From Spongospora subterranea f. sp. subterranea (taxonomy: Eukaryota): DNA of 64,000 bases. The first letter of the stretch is position 1; the number at the start of each line of letters is the position of its first letter. Where the stretch lies: contig JAUGWO010000011.1 in the NCBI GenBank assembly GCA_049724395.1, forward strand, positions 1 to 64,000, read 5' to 3'. The position numbers and the translations under genes were made by a program. The notes under the pieces were generated by a model. That model was given only the letters and a program-made list of their open reading frames with translations, was not told where the DNA came from and did no database searches. Below, in pieces: positions 37,755-49,848 of this stretch.

Positions 37755-39284
37755 ATGACGGTGACGGGCTCAGATGGGCCTGGCGTCACCCCTGGTATCG
37801 TGTCTGACAGTGATCGGTCCAGTGCCATAGCCCCTGACCCACTCTCGCCCCCGTTACCTCATAACCCCAGGTCACTCTGCTCTCGTTGCGCTTTACGTTA
37901 TCAGGGTATCCCCTCGTCCGATCCCATTTATCAATCGTCGTCGGATATCATCTCATCGTATATTACGGGGCGACACCCCGATCTGGACCCCGGCCAGGTC
38001 CTCGCCCATCATATCATATCTGACCAGTCGCCGGTCATCTGCCCGGCGTGCGTCGGGATTCTGCAGCATGGGAATGAAGTTCGACCCGATGTCATATCAT
38101 GTGTATCAGAGCGATCGCTGTATTCGTCTTATTCATCATTATCATCATACGCTCTGGCCATTTCGGTTCCTCCTGTATGCGCGCTTCGAGAAGCGTACTA
38201 CACGGCAGTTCTATCACGATCATCTCCCCCGACATCAATCAAAGAGGTCCTCAAATCGATTTTGATTTCATCCATATCTTCTTTATTGCCAGCTGTATTC
38301 TCTTCTACTTCATTATTCCATGTCGATCTGGCATTAAATCATCCATCATCGGACCCAGAAATCATTATGAATCTTTCTCCTTATCTTAGGAGAACCCTTC
38401 CCCTGAATATATCTGCCAAGAGGATACGTCAGTCTAATCTAACATCCAACAAATTTGTGGATCGTGCCATCAATGTAATGACGTCCGATGAGATTCGTCA
38501 ATTATCGATTACATCTGTTGAGACGACACCCATATCTGTCAGCGTTCGTGTATACCATGATCCTATATTATTGACGGGATCGTACACAAAGTACTGCCGG
38601 GATTTATCTCAGACTCCATGGCTACTTGACGAAGACGAGCGCAAGATCGGCAACTCTGTGCAGGAATTGATCGTGGACCCTATCATATCCGTATTTCAGG
38701 CCGGCGACCGATATAAGTTTCATGCAGCTGGGCGGGAGGATGTAGATGTGAGAATGCTGGGATCCGGTCGGCATTTTATCATTGAAATAGTGGATCCGCA
38801 TGTAATTCCTGATAGGGATTCCATATCGACTCTAGCCAATATTGTCAATGAGTCCACCGATCGCATTCAAATCAGTGCGCTGTCGCTGGCTCCTGATTAT
38901 GCGGCCGAGTTCAAAGCGTTGCAGCTTGGCGCCCAAATCAAGACCAAGAGTTATCGAGCTATCGTGTGGCTATCGTCCGTGATTGCGCGATCGGAATGTG
39001 AACGAATTTCGTCAATGCCTCCCTTTGATATCCATCAGTTGACACCAATTCGCGTTCTTCATCGACGGTCGCTTCTCTCTCGTCCCAAAACCATTCACTC
39101 TTTGTCTATTAGTCCGATCAACTCCCATTTCGCCATCATTGACCTGGTTGCGCAGGCCGGCACCTATATCAAAGAGTTTGTTCATGGTGATCGTGGCAGG
39201 ACGCAACCTAATCTTGGGTCGATGCTAAATTGTCAAGCTGATATATTGCAGCTCGACGTCATTGACTTGCATACCAATATATAA
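37755..39284 (+). CDS. PUS10: tRNA pseudouridine synthase Pus10 (intronless)
   Basis: N-terminal CSRC...CPAC zinc site, GSYTKYCRDLSQTPW, KFHAAGREDVDVRMLGSGR (catalytic Asp), QLTPIRVLHRR, QAGTYIKEFVHGDRGRTQP, DILQLDV. Confidence 0.95.
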   Translation: MTVTGSDGPGVTPGIVSDSDRSSAIAPDPLSPPLPHNPRSLCSRCALRYQGIPSSDPIYQSSSDIISSYITGRHPDLDPGQVLAHHIISDQSPVICPACVGILQHGNEVRPDVISCVSERSLYSSYSSLSSYALAISVPPVCALREAYYTAVLSRSSPPTSIKEVLKSILISSISSLLPAVFSSTSLFHVDLALNHPSSDPEIIMNLSPYLRRTLPLNISAKRIRQSNLTSNKFVDRAINVMTSDEIRQLSITSVETTPISVSVRVYHDPILLTGSYTKYCRDLSQTPWLLDEDERKIGNSVQELIVDPIISVFQAGDRYKFHAAGREDVDVRMLGSGRHFIIEIVDPHVIPDRDSISTLANIVNESTDRIQISALSLAPDYAAEFKALQLGAQIKTKSYRAIVWLSSVIARSECERISSMPPFDIHQLTPIRVLHRRSLLSRPKTIHSLSISPINSHFAIIDLVAQAGTYIKEFVHGDRGRTQPNLGSMLNCQADILQLDVIDLHTNI

Positions 39285-39863
39285 TTGTCAAAAGGATTTT
39301 CATCTTTTATTGTTCAATCTTGTAAAAAAAATGGCTTAGTTTTGTTGCGAAACTTACAATGACGGTGTTGATTTTTTCCTAGCACCTGCCACGTACAGAT
39401 TGACGGTTGTCCTTATTCCAATATTCGTTCCATTTGAACACAAGAATAAATCGCGACAAACGGGTTTTGTTGCCGAGACGACAGACGGTGTCGTCCGCTG
39501 TTTCTAGTCGTTCTCGACTAAGGACACGTTTGTTCCTGAAGGGGTTATCCGTCAAGACATATATTACAAGAAGGCGGTATGGTTGACGACCGGTGCCGTT
39601 ATCTACCGGGCCACCCATCTATCGCAATGTCGGGCCCCGTCATCTTGTCGTAGTCCTATCTAAACTCATTTCCATGTGCTCTGATCAAAGTGTGAACAGC
39701 CCCTATTCAATATCTTGTCATTAGTGCCATCATGCCAGGTCCGATCAGTTCTTAAATGGGCTCTCCCGTTAGATGTATCGGATTTGGCGTCGGTGTTTGC
39801 ATGAACGGTTCGGGTTGCATCTCAACCGCAGAAGTTCATTAGCGTTTTAGTCGCGTGACATTC

Positions 39864-40529
39864 ATGTCCATTGTCAACCGCTTCAAACCTGGTCTATTGA
39901 GAGCCGTCAGATTGCGATATCAACAAGGAGTCGCTGAACAGGCCATCAGAGAGACAATGGGATCCGATAGATTAGTGGATATCATCAAGCGAGATCATAC
40001 CGAGCTGCGTACGTGCTACGACAAGTATAAGAAGGCGGCGTCGAGCGACGAAGCCAACCAATGGTTCAATCAATTTGTTTGGGAGCTCTGCCGACATTCA
40101 GTCGCCGAAGAGTTGGTCGTGTATCCGATGCTGGAGAAGGTGAGCGATCGCGGCCGTCAACTCGCTGACAAGTCGAGAGCGGACCACCATAAGGTGAAAG
40201 AGATGTTGTCAGAAACACTGAATGTGAAGGATAATATGAGCGAGTTCGACAATAATGTCGAGAAATTGTGGACTGACCTTGAAAAACATCTGAAAATGGA
40301 GGAATCTGAAGATCTACCAATACTTGCCGATGCGTATCAATCAGAATCACAGAACGCCTGGGCCACAACCAAATTTGCAGCCATGAAGAAGACAGCACCA
40401 ACTCAACCCCATACATTAGTGCCTGAGAAGCCGGTCGCTTTAGAAGGGGCTTTGGGTATGCTGATGGCGCCATTGGATAAGTTTAAAGATCTGTTCAAAG
40501 ACTTCCCCAGTATGCAGGAAGGGCGTTAA
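39864..40529 (+). CDS. Hemerythrin/HHE cation-binding domain protein (intronless)
   Basis: DIIKRDH, WELCRHSVAEELVVYP, ADHHKVKE, HLKMEESEDLP, KKTAPTQPH, APLDKFKD pattern; Arg-rich, acid-free N-terminus. Confidence 0.88.
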   Translation: MSIVNRFKPGLLRAVRLRYQQGVAEQAIRETMGSDRLVDIIKRDHTELRTCYDKYKKAASSDEANQWFNQFVWELCRHSVAEELVVYPMLEKVSDRGRQLADKSRADHHKVKEMLSETLNVKDNMSEFDNNVEKLWTDLEKHLKMEESEDLPILADAYQSESQNAWATTKFAAMKKTAPTQPHTLVPEKPVALEGALGMLMAPLDKFKDLFKDFPSMQEGR

Positions 40530-41499
40530 TCAATGATGCTTGACGTGGGATATGATTACAACAGAATATGACGAGAATCTGCAAAATTGAGAATAATACA
40601 ATCAGGATATGAAATTGAGGAAACTTTGGTACTAGAATGGGTTTAAGAGTGTAATTCAACATCACCCACCAACTGCGCCCACAACCTACGCAAGTTGAGA
40701 GATGATCCCCGTTCAAAAATCGTCCAATCTGATAAGAATCATGGCCTCGTCATTTTGGGCGCAGCTGGTGGGTGATGTTGAATTATGGTTTCCACTGAAG
40801 TTTGATTGTTGGAATGAGACATTTCGCCAGGTCGGAGTTGGCGGGCGGAGTCAAGAGGGTTCAAGGTAGGGGCAGCTTGTTCCTGTAGGTTATCCAAAAG
40901 CGAGTCGAAGCGAGTCGAAAGCGAGTTGTTGCTCTTCATCCCAGGCGACTTGGCCAGGGCGAATGTTATCTCCTAGACTGGAAAGAAAGTGTACTTGAAT
41001 CGCCAATCCTCCTCCTGCTCCTAAAACCCTTTCTGACATTCCACGAGCGTAAAGGTGAGATTCTTCATGGCCTCAGCTTCAACGGCGTCGAGAAGAGCGG
41101 AGTCGAAAAGGAAAGTCATCTGACTGTTAAGGAGGTCAGGGGAAGTAGAGTTGAGACTCTTTGGGTTTTTGCTTTTGCTTTTGATTGCGACTTTAGCGCC
41201 CACCAATTGCGCCCTCGCCAAATCCTTTTACGGCGAAACCGCGACAAGTTGAGATATGATCCCCTGATTAAAATCGGCTGTTCGTTTGGCTGTTCGGCTA
41301 ACTTTTTCTTACATTGGGCTAGCGTACGAATGGCAAAATCAAGTTGGAAAATGCTTTTGTCAAACTTTTTTAAGAAATGGCAACAAGATTCATCATCAAA
41401 AACCAAGTACAGGTCGTCAAGAGGGTTTTGGGTAATTGCAGCTTTTGAATTATAGAAAGATTATTGATTAGATGTCTTAAAGTTAAAAATGGGATCCTG

Positions 41500-42620
41500 A
41501 ACCGATCTCTCAACAGAGTGCTGTTGCGAAATTTCAGATCCTGAAAGCGACGCTTCAATCTGAGGTCAGTTCATTGTCAAAAACAGGAATGACAAACGGA
41601 TGCTGCTCGAGGTTTCACATCCAGTTTCCTCGTCCCTCTGGTTTGCATCATTCAACCTGGACATCCATGAAGGCGAAATAAGGTAGTCAGGTATTGTATG
41701 AATGATAGAGAGGTGATAGTGATGCTATCTGTGGCAGGGATGCCACTACTGCACTGAAATGATCAGTGAGGTTAGGCCGAACTGATCGGTGAAACGGAGC
41801 GCTTATCGAATTGATCGATGAAACAGACGTAAATTTATTATTCCTAGGCAGTTGAGTTATCAAATAAGTAGAGGCACGAGCCCGTTATTCAGGAACGGGA
41901 ACACGTGCGTCAACAATTCCAGACCTAGACTGGCCAACTCGTTGAAGAGTCTATCAAAAATTATTCCGTTTGTCAATCCTTGTTTTGACAATCAACTGAC
42001 CACTACGCTCGAGGGGAATGTCAGAAAGGGTGTTGGAAGAGAGACAGGGTTGTACCGTCGACTTTCAAATGATATCGGTCTATTCCGGTTTTGTCCGGCC
42101 CGGGGGAGGATCGACGATTCACCAAAAAGCTATTACTTCTCAAGAAGACGAGGATGTCTGGAGCGTTTAGTCATATCCAGTTGATCAAGATCGTGAAAGC
42201 AGCGCTTCAGTCCTGAGGTCAATACCTTTCAAGTTTCTCCTTCCACAATCCCGCCGTTATCAAAGGCTACATCGAAGGCGCAATTGAACAGTATCCGCTC
42301 AAGATCGCGTTGTCGCTCTCGGGCTCACGAAACAATCACTTTATTGCACAACCTGGAATCCTTTACTACGAACTGTACATAGATGACGTCCTTCTGATCT
42401 AATAAGAGGACTGACCGCAGATATCAAGCGTTGGTCTCATGATCTCAATCAACTGGATATGACTAAAGCTCTGTCAATAGGTTTCTGAAAGGAAATCAAC
42501 GCGAATTTCTCGGCGTTCGCTCCGATTGACTACGAAGCCGCTCTTCTCGACGCCAAACTCGTTGAAGCCCAGGCCTCAAACTGTAAAACATCAAATCAAG
42601 AATTTTTCCTACCCAAATCC
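41500..42620 (+). mobile_element. Scrambled Penelope-like reverse transcriptase relics
   Basis: PGILYYELYIDDVLLI (42352-42399); thumb-like QYLSSFSFHNPAVIKGYIEGAIEQY (42220-42294); KIIPFVNP (~41960); internally duplicated pieces (41537/42188, 41114/42909). Confidence 0.65.
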
Positions 42621-43379
42621 AAGCTGGATCTTGTCTCATCTCAAATCGCGGTACGATTTTCTTGATTAAAATATTTCGCTAAACTAAGTTCGGTTTCCGA
42701 ATGAAGTATTGTTGATGCAGGTCTAGAATAGCTCTAGCGTCTACAATTATCAGAGCATTGAGTCTTTTACGTCTATCAGAGCTGTTTGAACGGCGGGGCC
42801 CGAGCGTGATGGAACTACTCTTCCTCGAACAGGTGGAGTTAATCCCCTGGCGATTAACTTGCCGCCATACCCTGGTGAACTCGCACCAGTTAATTCGCAA
42901 CCAAGGAGAGTCATCTGACTGTTTAAGGCGGTCGGGGAAGTAGAGTTGACAACTCTCTGTAAGTTGGGGAGACTTTTAACAAGATTAGCTGGGAGGATCA
43001 AACTTTGATGACGATAAAGTTCACGTTTATGTACTTAAGTTTATTAACCTCCGTTCTTCATTGTTATTTTCAAATTCTTCTTTGGCTAATTTCCATTTGA
43101 TGTACTGTAAATTGGAGAATATTTGGTTCATTCATTGGGTTTGATCCAGTTGGTGGGCGATGGTATTTGTGATGGCTGTCGAATGCAACAGATGGATTAC
43201 CGTAAACCACTAAATAACTCGACAAGCGTTTCACCCATGTGGAGGCGACGAAAATTGTATCCCGATTACAGAAATGTGGCGTACAGTACCAAACACGCAT
43301 GAGCACAAGTAATAAGATGGAAAGTAATATGGTCAGAAAGGTTTGTTTGCTAGAACAGTTCGGTTCTTTCCATCAGAGT

Positions 43380-44720
43380 TCCGAGGCTCCGTCAATGCCA
43401 ATTCAATGAAAGTCTCGCGATGGTGGGCCATCAAGCGAAGATGAGCCAACAACAATGTGGTATAAGAAGGGTTGTAAGGTTTAAGACCATGGAAGGAAGG
43501 GTCGAAAGACAGCGGCGTGGGTTTCGTGATTACATGACGAATGTTGTTCGGAACTTGATAGATTATGAAAAGCAGGAGTCAAGTTCTCGCCGCATATCTT
43601 AAGGAACCTCGCCCTCGACTTACTTCAACAATCGGATCATCCCGAGTTCAGCTCGCAGTATAAATGGCAAGATGCCTTCATCATGGACAAGACGCGTTGG
43701 ATCCAAACTTTTATGGATAAGAAGAACATCGTGGATAGAGCCCAAACGGGGATGCTGATGGTAAGTCCTGATCGTCAGGCTCATCTGGAGAAGGAGATCG
43801 CTTATCACCTGGGCGTGGTTGGTCGCGAATTTCAATCTGGCGCGATTGATGAAGAAATGGTCGAAAATTGGGACGAGACTCAGTTTATTGTCAATATGGA
43901 CAACGGCAAAACCTTAGGATTTAGAGGTGACAACGACGTCAAATATGCCGACGTGGTATCTGGAGGAATTGGAATGACAATGGTGGTGATATTGACCGGT
44001 GGGCCATATGCAGAAATCTGCACGCCATTGATGGTTTTTTCAAAATCAAAACTGCAGCTATCCCGTTCAAGGAGTGCCCGATAACCTGCCGGGCGTGTGT
44101 TATCGAACCTCAAAAAAATGGTTTATGACCAAGAAGGTTTGGGAGGAACTGATGAGTGAGAACAGATTTCATTGTGTCCGCATGCAGGAAGGCCGAGAAC
44201 CGCAGATACTCGTTGATAATTTTAGTGGGTTTCTGTCAAAATATGGCCTGAAATTATCAACGAGTATCTGCGGTTCTCAGCTTCCCTGCATGCGGACACA
44301 GTGAAATCTGTTCTCACTCATCAATTCCTCCCAAACCTTTTTGGTCATTCAACCATGCGACTCTCTTTGCTGATATAAAAATTTAAGGATGAATGGACGC
44401 GAAGATTGGAGCTGTATAAGTTTGAGCAAATCAACAGTGGAGTCGGCCTCAAAAACAAAGGTCGGAAACATGGAAGAGATTCATGAGCGATCGAGAATCC
44501 TGGGAAGACCTGGTTTTTGCAGCTGGCAGCAGATTGCGTTCGAACAGTTAATGCAATGCGCGATGAGAACGGCGTGTCGTACGCTCGAAAAGCGATGATT
44601 CGCTGCGGTTTGTCCCTGGATTTACATAGGCTATGGCACACCGATCAGCTGTCTCTCGAATTGCAGACGATTATCAAAAATAATCGCCAGTTTTTCGATG
44701 GCAAATTCGTCCCGGCTTTC
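43380..44720 (+). mobile_element. Degenerate pogo/Tc5-like (DDE_1) transposase
   Basis: VENWDETQFIVNMDNGKTLGFRGDNDVKYADVVSGGIGMTMVV, PGVCYRTSKKWFM, QILVDNFSG, FLQLAADCVRTVNAMRDENGVSYARKAMIRCGL; frameshifts and an internal fold-back. Confidence 0.82.
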
Positions 44721-44899
44721 AATAGTTCAAAAGATAGAACAAGGCCTAAATTGAGAATATGGATGTCTTCAATTAATAAAAGGGACTTAAGGTGATTGTA
44801 AAGGAGACGTCTGCCGAGACTAAGAAAGTATGTTCAGTAACGGATTTGTTTTCCAGTTCAATGACCCAACGAGGTGGAACTCTTCAAAGCGGTGGGAAC

Positions 44900-45420
44900 G
44901 TGGGGCTGAAGCGCTTTTGCCGTTCAAACTCTTTAATCATTCATCGATCAGGTCGGTTCTATCAACATCAAGGAACTTATTGATCAGGCCAAGATCATTC
45001 CCTTTGTCATTCACTTCTCACAACCACCCGGCTGCAAACAGAAATTCGACGTTTAAACCTGCATGAGTTTCTTCGTTCTCCCAATCGGCGGATCATTATC
45101 GCTTTCAAGAAGTCTAAAAATCTTCTTGAGCTCTGTTCCATAAACAACATCAGCTACACTCAGCACGTACGAACATTGGAACCTGTACAGCGGATTGGAC
45201 TTTGATCCTATTTCCTAATGAGTTCGGCGGCAAAAGGAATAACGAAGGGAATGATCTTGGCCTGATCAATAGGTTCCTTGAATAAATATCTCTTGTTTTT
45301 CACAACTGAGTAGCGCCGAGACAATTTCAGAGATAATGTTATATCCTTTGATAAGGCATTCTCGACGATCGTGCTGAGTAATAATGATGCCAACACACTC
45401 CGGATAAATGAAGTTCAGGG
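44900..45420. mobile_element. Penelope-like 3' end relics in inverted arrangement (44968-45012 / 45237-45281)
   Basis: + strand RRIIIAFKKSKNLLELC then stop at ~45205; - strand EPIDQAKIIPFVIPFAAEL. Confidence 0.55.
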
Positions 45421-46026
45421 CTCACCTGACTGCAATATTCAGTAGGAGTTTGAAGTGATTGTAGGGGATATCGACAGCCTTAGTTAAATGTCGCCATTTG
45501 CTCATTCAACACGTGACCTTGTGTATTTTCGCCAGTTGCATTCTTGTAGTTGGTCAAGCGGCAACACGATTAACTCTCGTGGCAACGGCTAACAAAGTAT
45601 AAACTGTATATCTCGTGCGCCATGAAAATCTACAATTAACACGATCTCAGCGAATATACAAATTCTTGCATGATTGGCGGAGTCAATACGCCTTCAGATC
45701 AGCATCGCCTCCAGTTGAGATCAGTTTGCAGTAAAAACCTAATTGTTATGATTGGGCACGACTAGTACGAGGTCAACTATCTTGGTAATGGGCCGCAATC
45801 GTCCATCGGGGCACAGGCCAGGGCAATGCAGCTCGACCGACAGTGTGACATGATGATGGCGCTACCAGTCACTTCACTGTACAGTACCTGTAGGAGTGTA
45901 GTGGTATCCCCTGAAAGGGAGTGCATTGGTGACCAGTTGCCGGTACCGGTATGTTCATAGGATGATCTGGTGATAAGGAAACACCCATTGATCACATCAA
46001 GATAGGGTGCGGGCCCAGCGATCCTG

Positions 46027-47968
46027 ATGGTTAGCGAATGGTTATCGACGTGGCTAATTGCCACTGTCGCTATTAGTGTCCTGATTTCTGGTATTGGATC
46101 TACCGGGCACTTTTAGTCCAAGACTTTCACTCACGATCCCACAGGTATTCTACTACGACAGCTGGCGCATCCGGATGTCAAATTCCCAGCACTGCTAGTA
46201 GTTCTGCTATCGTGGTCTCTATCGCTTACGGTCGTCTGGGTAGCGCCACTGGATTTGGACATGGGCCAGATCGAGCCCGAGCTGCTTACCCCTGTCTGGA
46301 TGGTTGCCTATTGGACCACATCATTATTAACTTGGCTCATAATACCGATACAACAAGCATATTATGACTCTGGACACTTCAATTGGCGAGATAAATTAAG
46401 GGAGGCCATCCGGTCTAACCTTCAGTTTTACGTGTGAATTTTCATTGTTGTGATTACCTTTGTTGAAAGCAATAACAATGTTGGCAGGTACGCCGGTGTA
46501 TTAATCGCAGCTGTAGCAGTTGCTGTTGCGGTAACGTCTGGACTCGCAGCTGCAAATTTGTTAACCTTGGCCATGGCGCTAGCTAACATATGGGGACTGT
46601 TTCTCATGGTCGTTTTGCTGGGCTATGGCTTGGTTGACATTCCCCGCAAGCTATGGAACTTCGGCAATACTCAGTTGAGGGCACGTGCATTGTATTTTCA
46701 AGCCGTTGCCATTCACGATGAATATCAAGATTCCACAGAATTGATTTCGGATACCATTTCCATGGTTGAAATGGCATCAACCAAGGTCAAAAATCTGGAC
46801 GATGAGAAGCTGACATCGTATATGGACATTATCGAGGCGGCTTGCCCACAACATGACTCTATATCGACAGTCAACGAGTTTATTCCGTCTGATTTAGCCG
46901 CAGAACTTCGGGATAATCCCATCACTGAGCATTTACTTGCCAAACTTCACTATCGGGTCAAAAAAGACTACCATGAGAATCGGCGAGCAGAGTTTGAGTG
47001 GAACAGTCTTCTGGATCGTTTAAAGCAAATCGAAACGGAGGAAGCAGCAAAAATATCCAATTACGCTATTCATCGGACGTTCAGAGGCATATTCAATCTT
47101 CACGTCTTAGCCCGCCTGCTATCTGCGATTTTATGGATCGTCACTTTTGCAGTTATTTGGTGTGAAATCACATTATCCATTGATGTCCGATACTCAATAT
47201 TTTACGTCGTTATTCAAAAATTTAACTCTCCCCCCGTTACGTATATGGTTGGATTGATCCTCATATCCTATTTAGGTATTACATCTATTGCAATCATGCC
47301 TTCTTTGTCAATGTGCAGCTAATTTTTTGTGCTCAGCAATGTGCGCCTTTTATTCCATGTTCCGTCTGCGTTTATCCAGTTTTTACCATTTGCATTTCGG
47401 AGGACACAGGTAAACAGTTTTCCCTCAAAATGGAATATGACATCTGACAATTCTCAGTGAGGCAAATTCACTTTTGTTCAACGCTTCTTTTATCCTGCGC
47501 CTCATTTTCCCTCTCGGAATCAACTTCTTTTCCACAACGCTCCTGGATCGTGGTGCGACCACATCCTTCGAGACCGCGGTGGGCCAGATGAACGTCGTAC
47601 CTGTTCTTGGTATGCCCGTTTGCTTTTATTTTCGACATAGCGTAGGCTCATCAATGTCGCATTAGGTCAAAAATTTAATTTATTCGTCCCCGTCGTGATA
47701 TCGGTGCTCTGTCTTGTTACTGGGTGCAATCTGTATGGACGTTTGCTACGCCTTCTGCAGATTAGCCAGTAGGCCACATTATGAGATTTGCAATCTGCTC
47801 TGAAACTTGATTAGATTTGAAGAAAACGGTCCTGGGTCAGATCAAATCGTTGCCGAAGGGGAATCACTGGTTCGGAGGCAACGTCGAAAACGAGCGCGTA
47901 ATATTATATCTAACAGGACGGTAGCGGGAGGTTATCTGCAGTTAGGCCAAAGTCATGGATCACCATAA
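46027..47968 (+). CDS. LMBR1-family membrane protein (LMBRD2-like), multi-exon
   Basis: VWMVAYWTTSLLTWLIIPIQQAYYDSGHF, MALANIWGLFLMVVLLGYGLVDIPRKLW, NSLLFNASFILRLIFPLGINF; multiple transmembrane segments; GT-AG introns. Confidence 0.88.
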
Positions 47969-48013
47969 ATTTATGTAGTTATTATTTCTTTATTACCATG
48001 TCAACTAACCATT

Positions 48014-49848
48014 TTAAATATCATCATCATCTTCGTCAATTCCAAGGCCAAACTGACTCAATTCTCGGCGTTTGCCGAGCGCTGGGCTTTCAGCTCCATC
48101 CTATAGCATGATCGTATGACATTGTTAATCAAAATACGGAACAGTAGTATTTACTTTGAGGTCCAATTCGAACTCATCGTCAAAATCATTTTGAGCAATT
48201 TGTTCTGCGTATGCGATAGATCGGCTATTTGGACCTGGCCGCCACAGAACGGCGATACCTAGAAGCACACCCAAGTACACGAGCTGTGCAAACCCTGACA
48301 ATTTTTGTTAAAATTTGTTAATCCAGAGCCAGCAGACGGACCGTCGAAAAGGAGGAACATCCATTTCCAATTTGAATACTGTAGATCATGCTGCACCACA
48401 TAGCTACGATAAAACGCTTTAGCGACTTTTTTTTTGGAAAAGCATACGCAACTCACATGCGAACAATACAAAACATTGTCACTACAGCTAGGGACCCGAA
48501 TAGCAGTGCAGCAAACGACCTCATATGGGAATACTTGGCCGGCTGCCGTCGAGCTTTCAAATCTTCGAGTGTGTCTGCCAATGATACGACTGACAAATCA
48601 CAACTTTAAAACCCGGAATGATGGCTGCAAGGTTAAAAATATCTCACATATCCACCAATAGAAGATGGAATCCATAAATAAAACTGGAAGGGTCAGAAGT
48701 ATCAAGCCTTGGGAAGGTGGAGAGGAACTGCGATTAACAAAAATGTGTTGTTTGAGCAGCAGCAACGCTTCCCTAAAATTTCATCACCGTAATAAATCGC
48801 CAATGCCGATTACCAAATAATGATTGAACACTCACAAAATCATATATATAGCACCGGCAGTGAGTACGCGCCACTTGGATTGTCCTACTAGAGTTAACAA
48901 ATTAACAATCACCACAAGAACAAGATGATTCAATACAAGATGGTTTCGAAACACCAAAACCCATGGCCACAGCAACGACGAGCATTCGAGAAACAGCCCC
49001 ACGAATAGATGACGTAATGAGAGATAAAGAAAAAGGGACACTCTGACGAACTCCATAAACGTTGAAGGAGGAGTAGAAGAGGTACCAAGACACCATCTCA
49101 ATACAGCAAAGAGCCAGAACACAGAAAATGCACTGCTGAACTTGCATTATCTGAGACCGGTACCTATAATTGACGATTGCCCAAATGACGGCAAAGGAGA
49201 CATAGGATATCATCAAGTACTGATAGAAAGGTAGATACTGATAATCTACAGGAGAAAGCATCCCGTAGTTATGCTTAACTGATATGTAACCAGAAAAAGT
49301 CAGGGCTTCATGGTTTAGACCTGGATCTGTGCAATCTCCGATTAACCAGATGGCGTATCCCGTATTTTTAGGTTGAGAATGATTTTCCCAAGTTGATGTA
49401 GATGAGTTGACTATGTCGTCTACATAGATGTCAACCAATGACTGATCAAATATAAAATGACCCTTGTTTTGGCATTTAGCAGCAGAGATTAGCGCATCAT
49501 TACAACTACAGAGAATATTAGATTTGTGGTTAATGAAGATATCAATGGCGAGTACCATAAGGCCCTTCCACCACCATCCAGCTTAACTCCGATGGCATCA
49601 TTTATCAACGGAAGATTGCTAGGTTTGATAGAAATGATGGCTATGGATACTGGGTTCTTATTGACACCCCGATCAACGTCGATTTTGGCATCAATATATG
49701 CAAATTCATCGGCATTAGGGGATATCAACGACAGGCTATAATCAGCTATGGAACCCTCCGCGACCTTCTCGTTGGTATACATGAACTTCTCGCCGGACAC
49801 GATCCCATTGATAATGAGGAAGGCGGTGAGATAGCGAATGATTATCAT
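48014..49848 (-). CDS. Lung seven-TM receptor family protein (TMEM87/PTM1-like), multi-exon
   Basis: Signal-peptide-like MIIIRYLTAFLII; HNYGMLSPVDYQYLPFY, RSQIMQVQQCI, RGAVSRMLVVAVAMGFGVSKP; acidic C-terminal tail. Confidence 0.87.

Noticed and set aside
40730..45420. Hammerhead ribozyme associated with the Penelope-like relics
   Set aside because: No CTGANGA...GAAA core with supporting stems found by eye; CTGATGAG at ~44149 lies in the pogo ORF and lacks the rest of the core. An Infernal search would be decisive.
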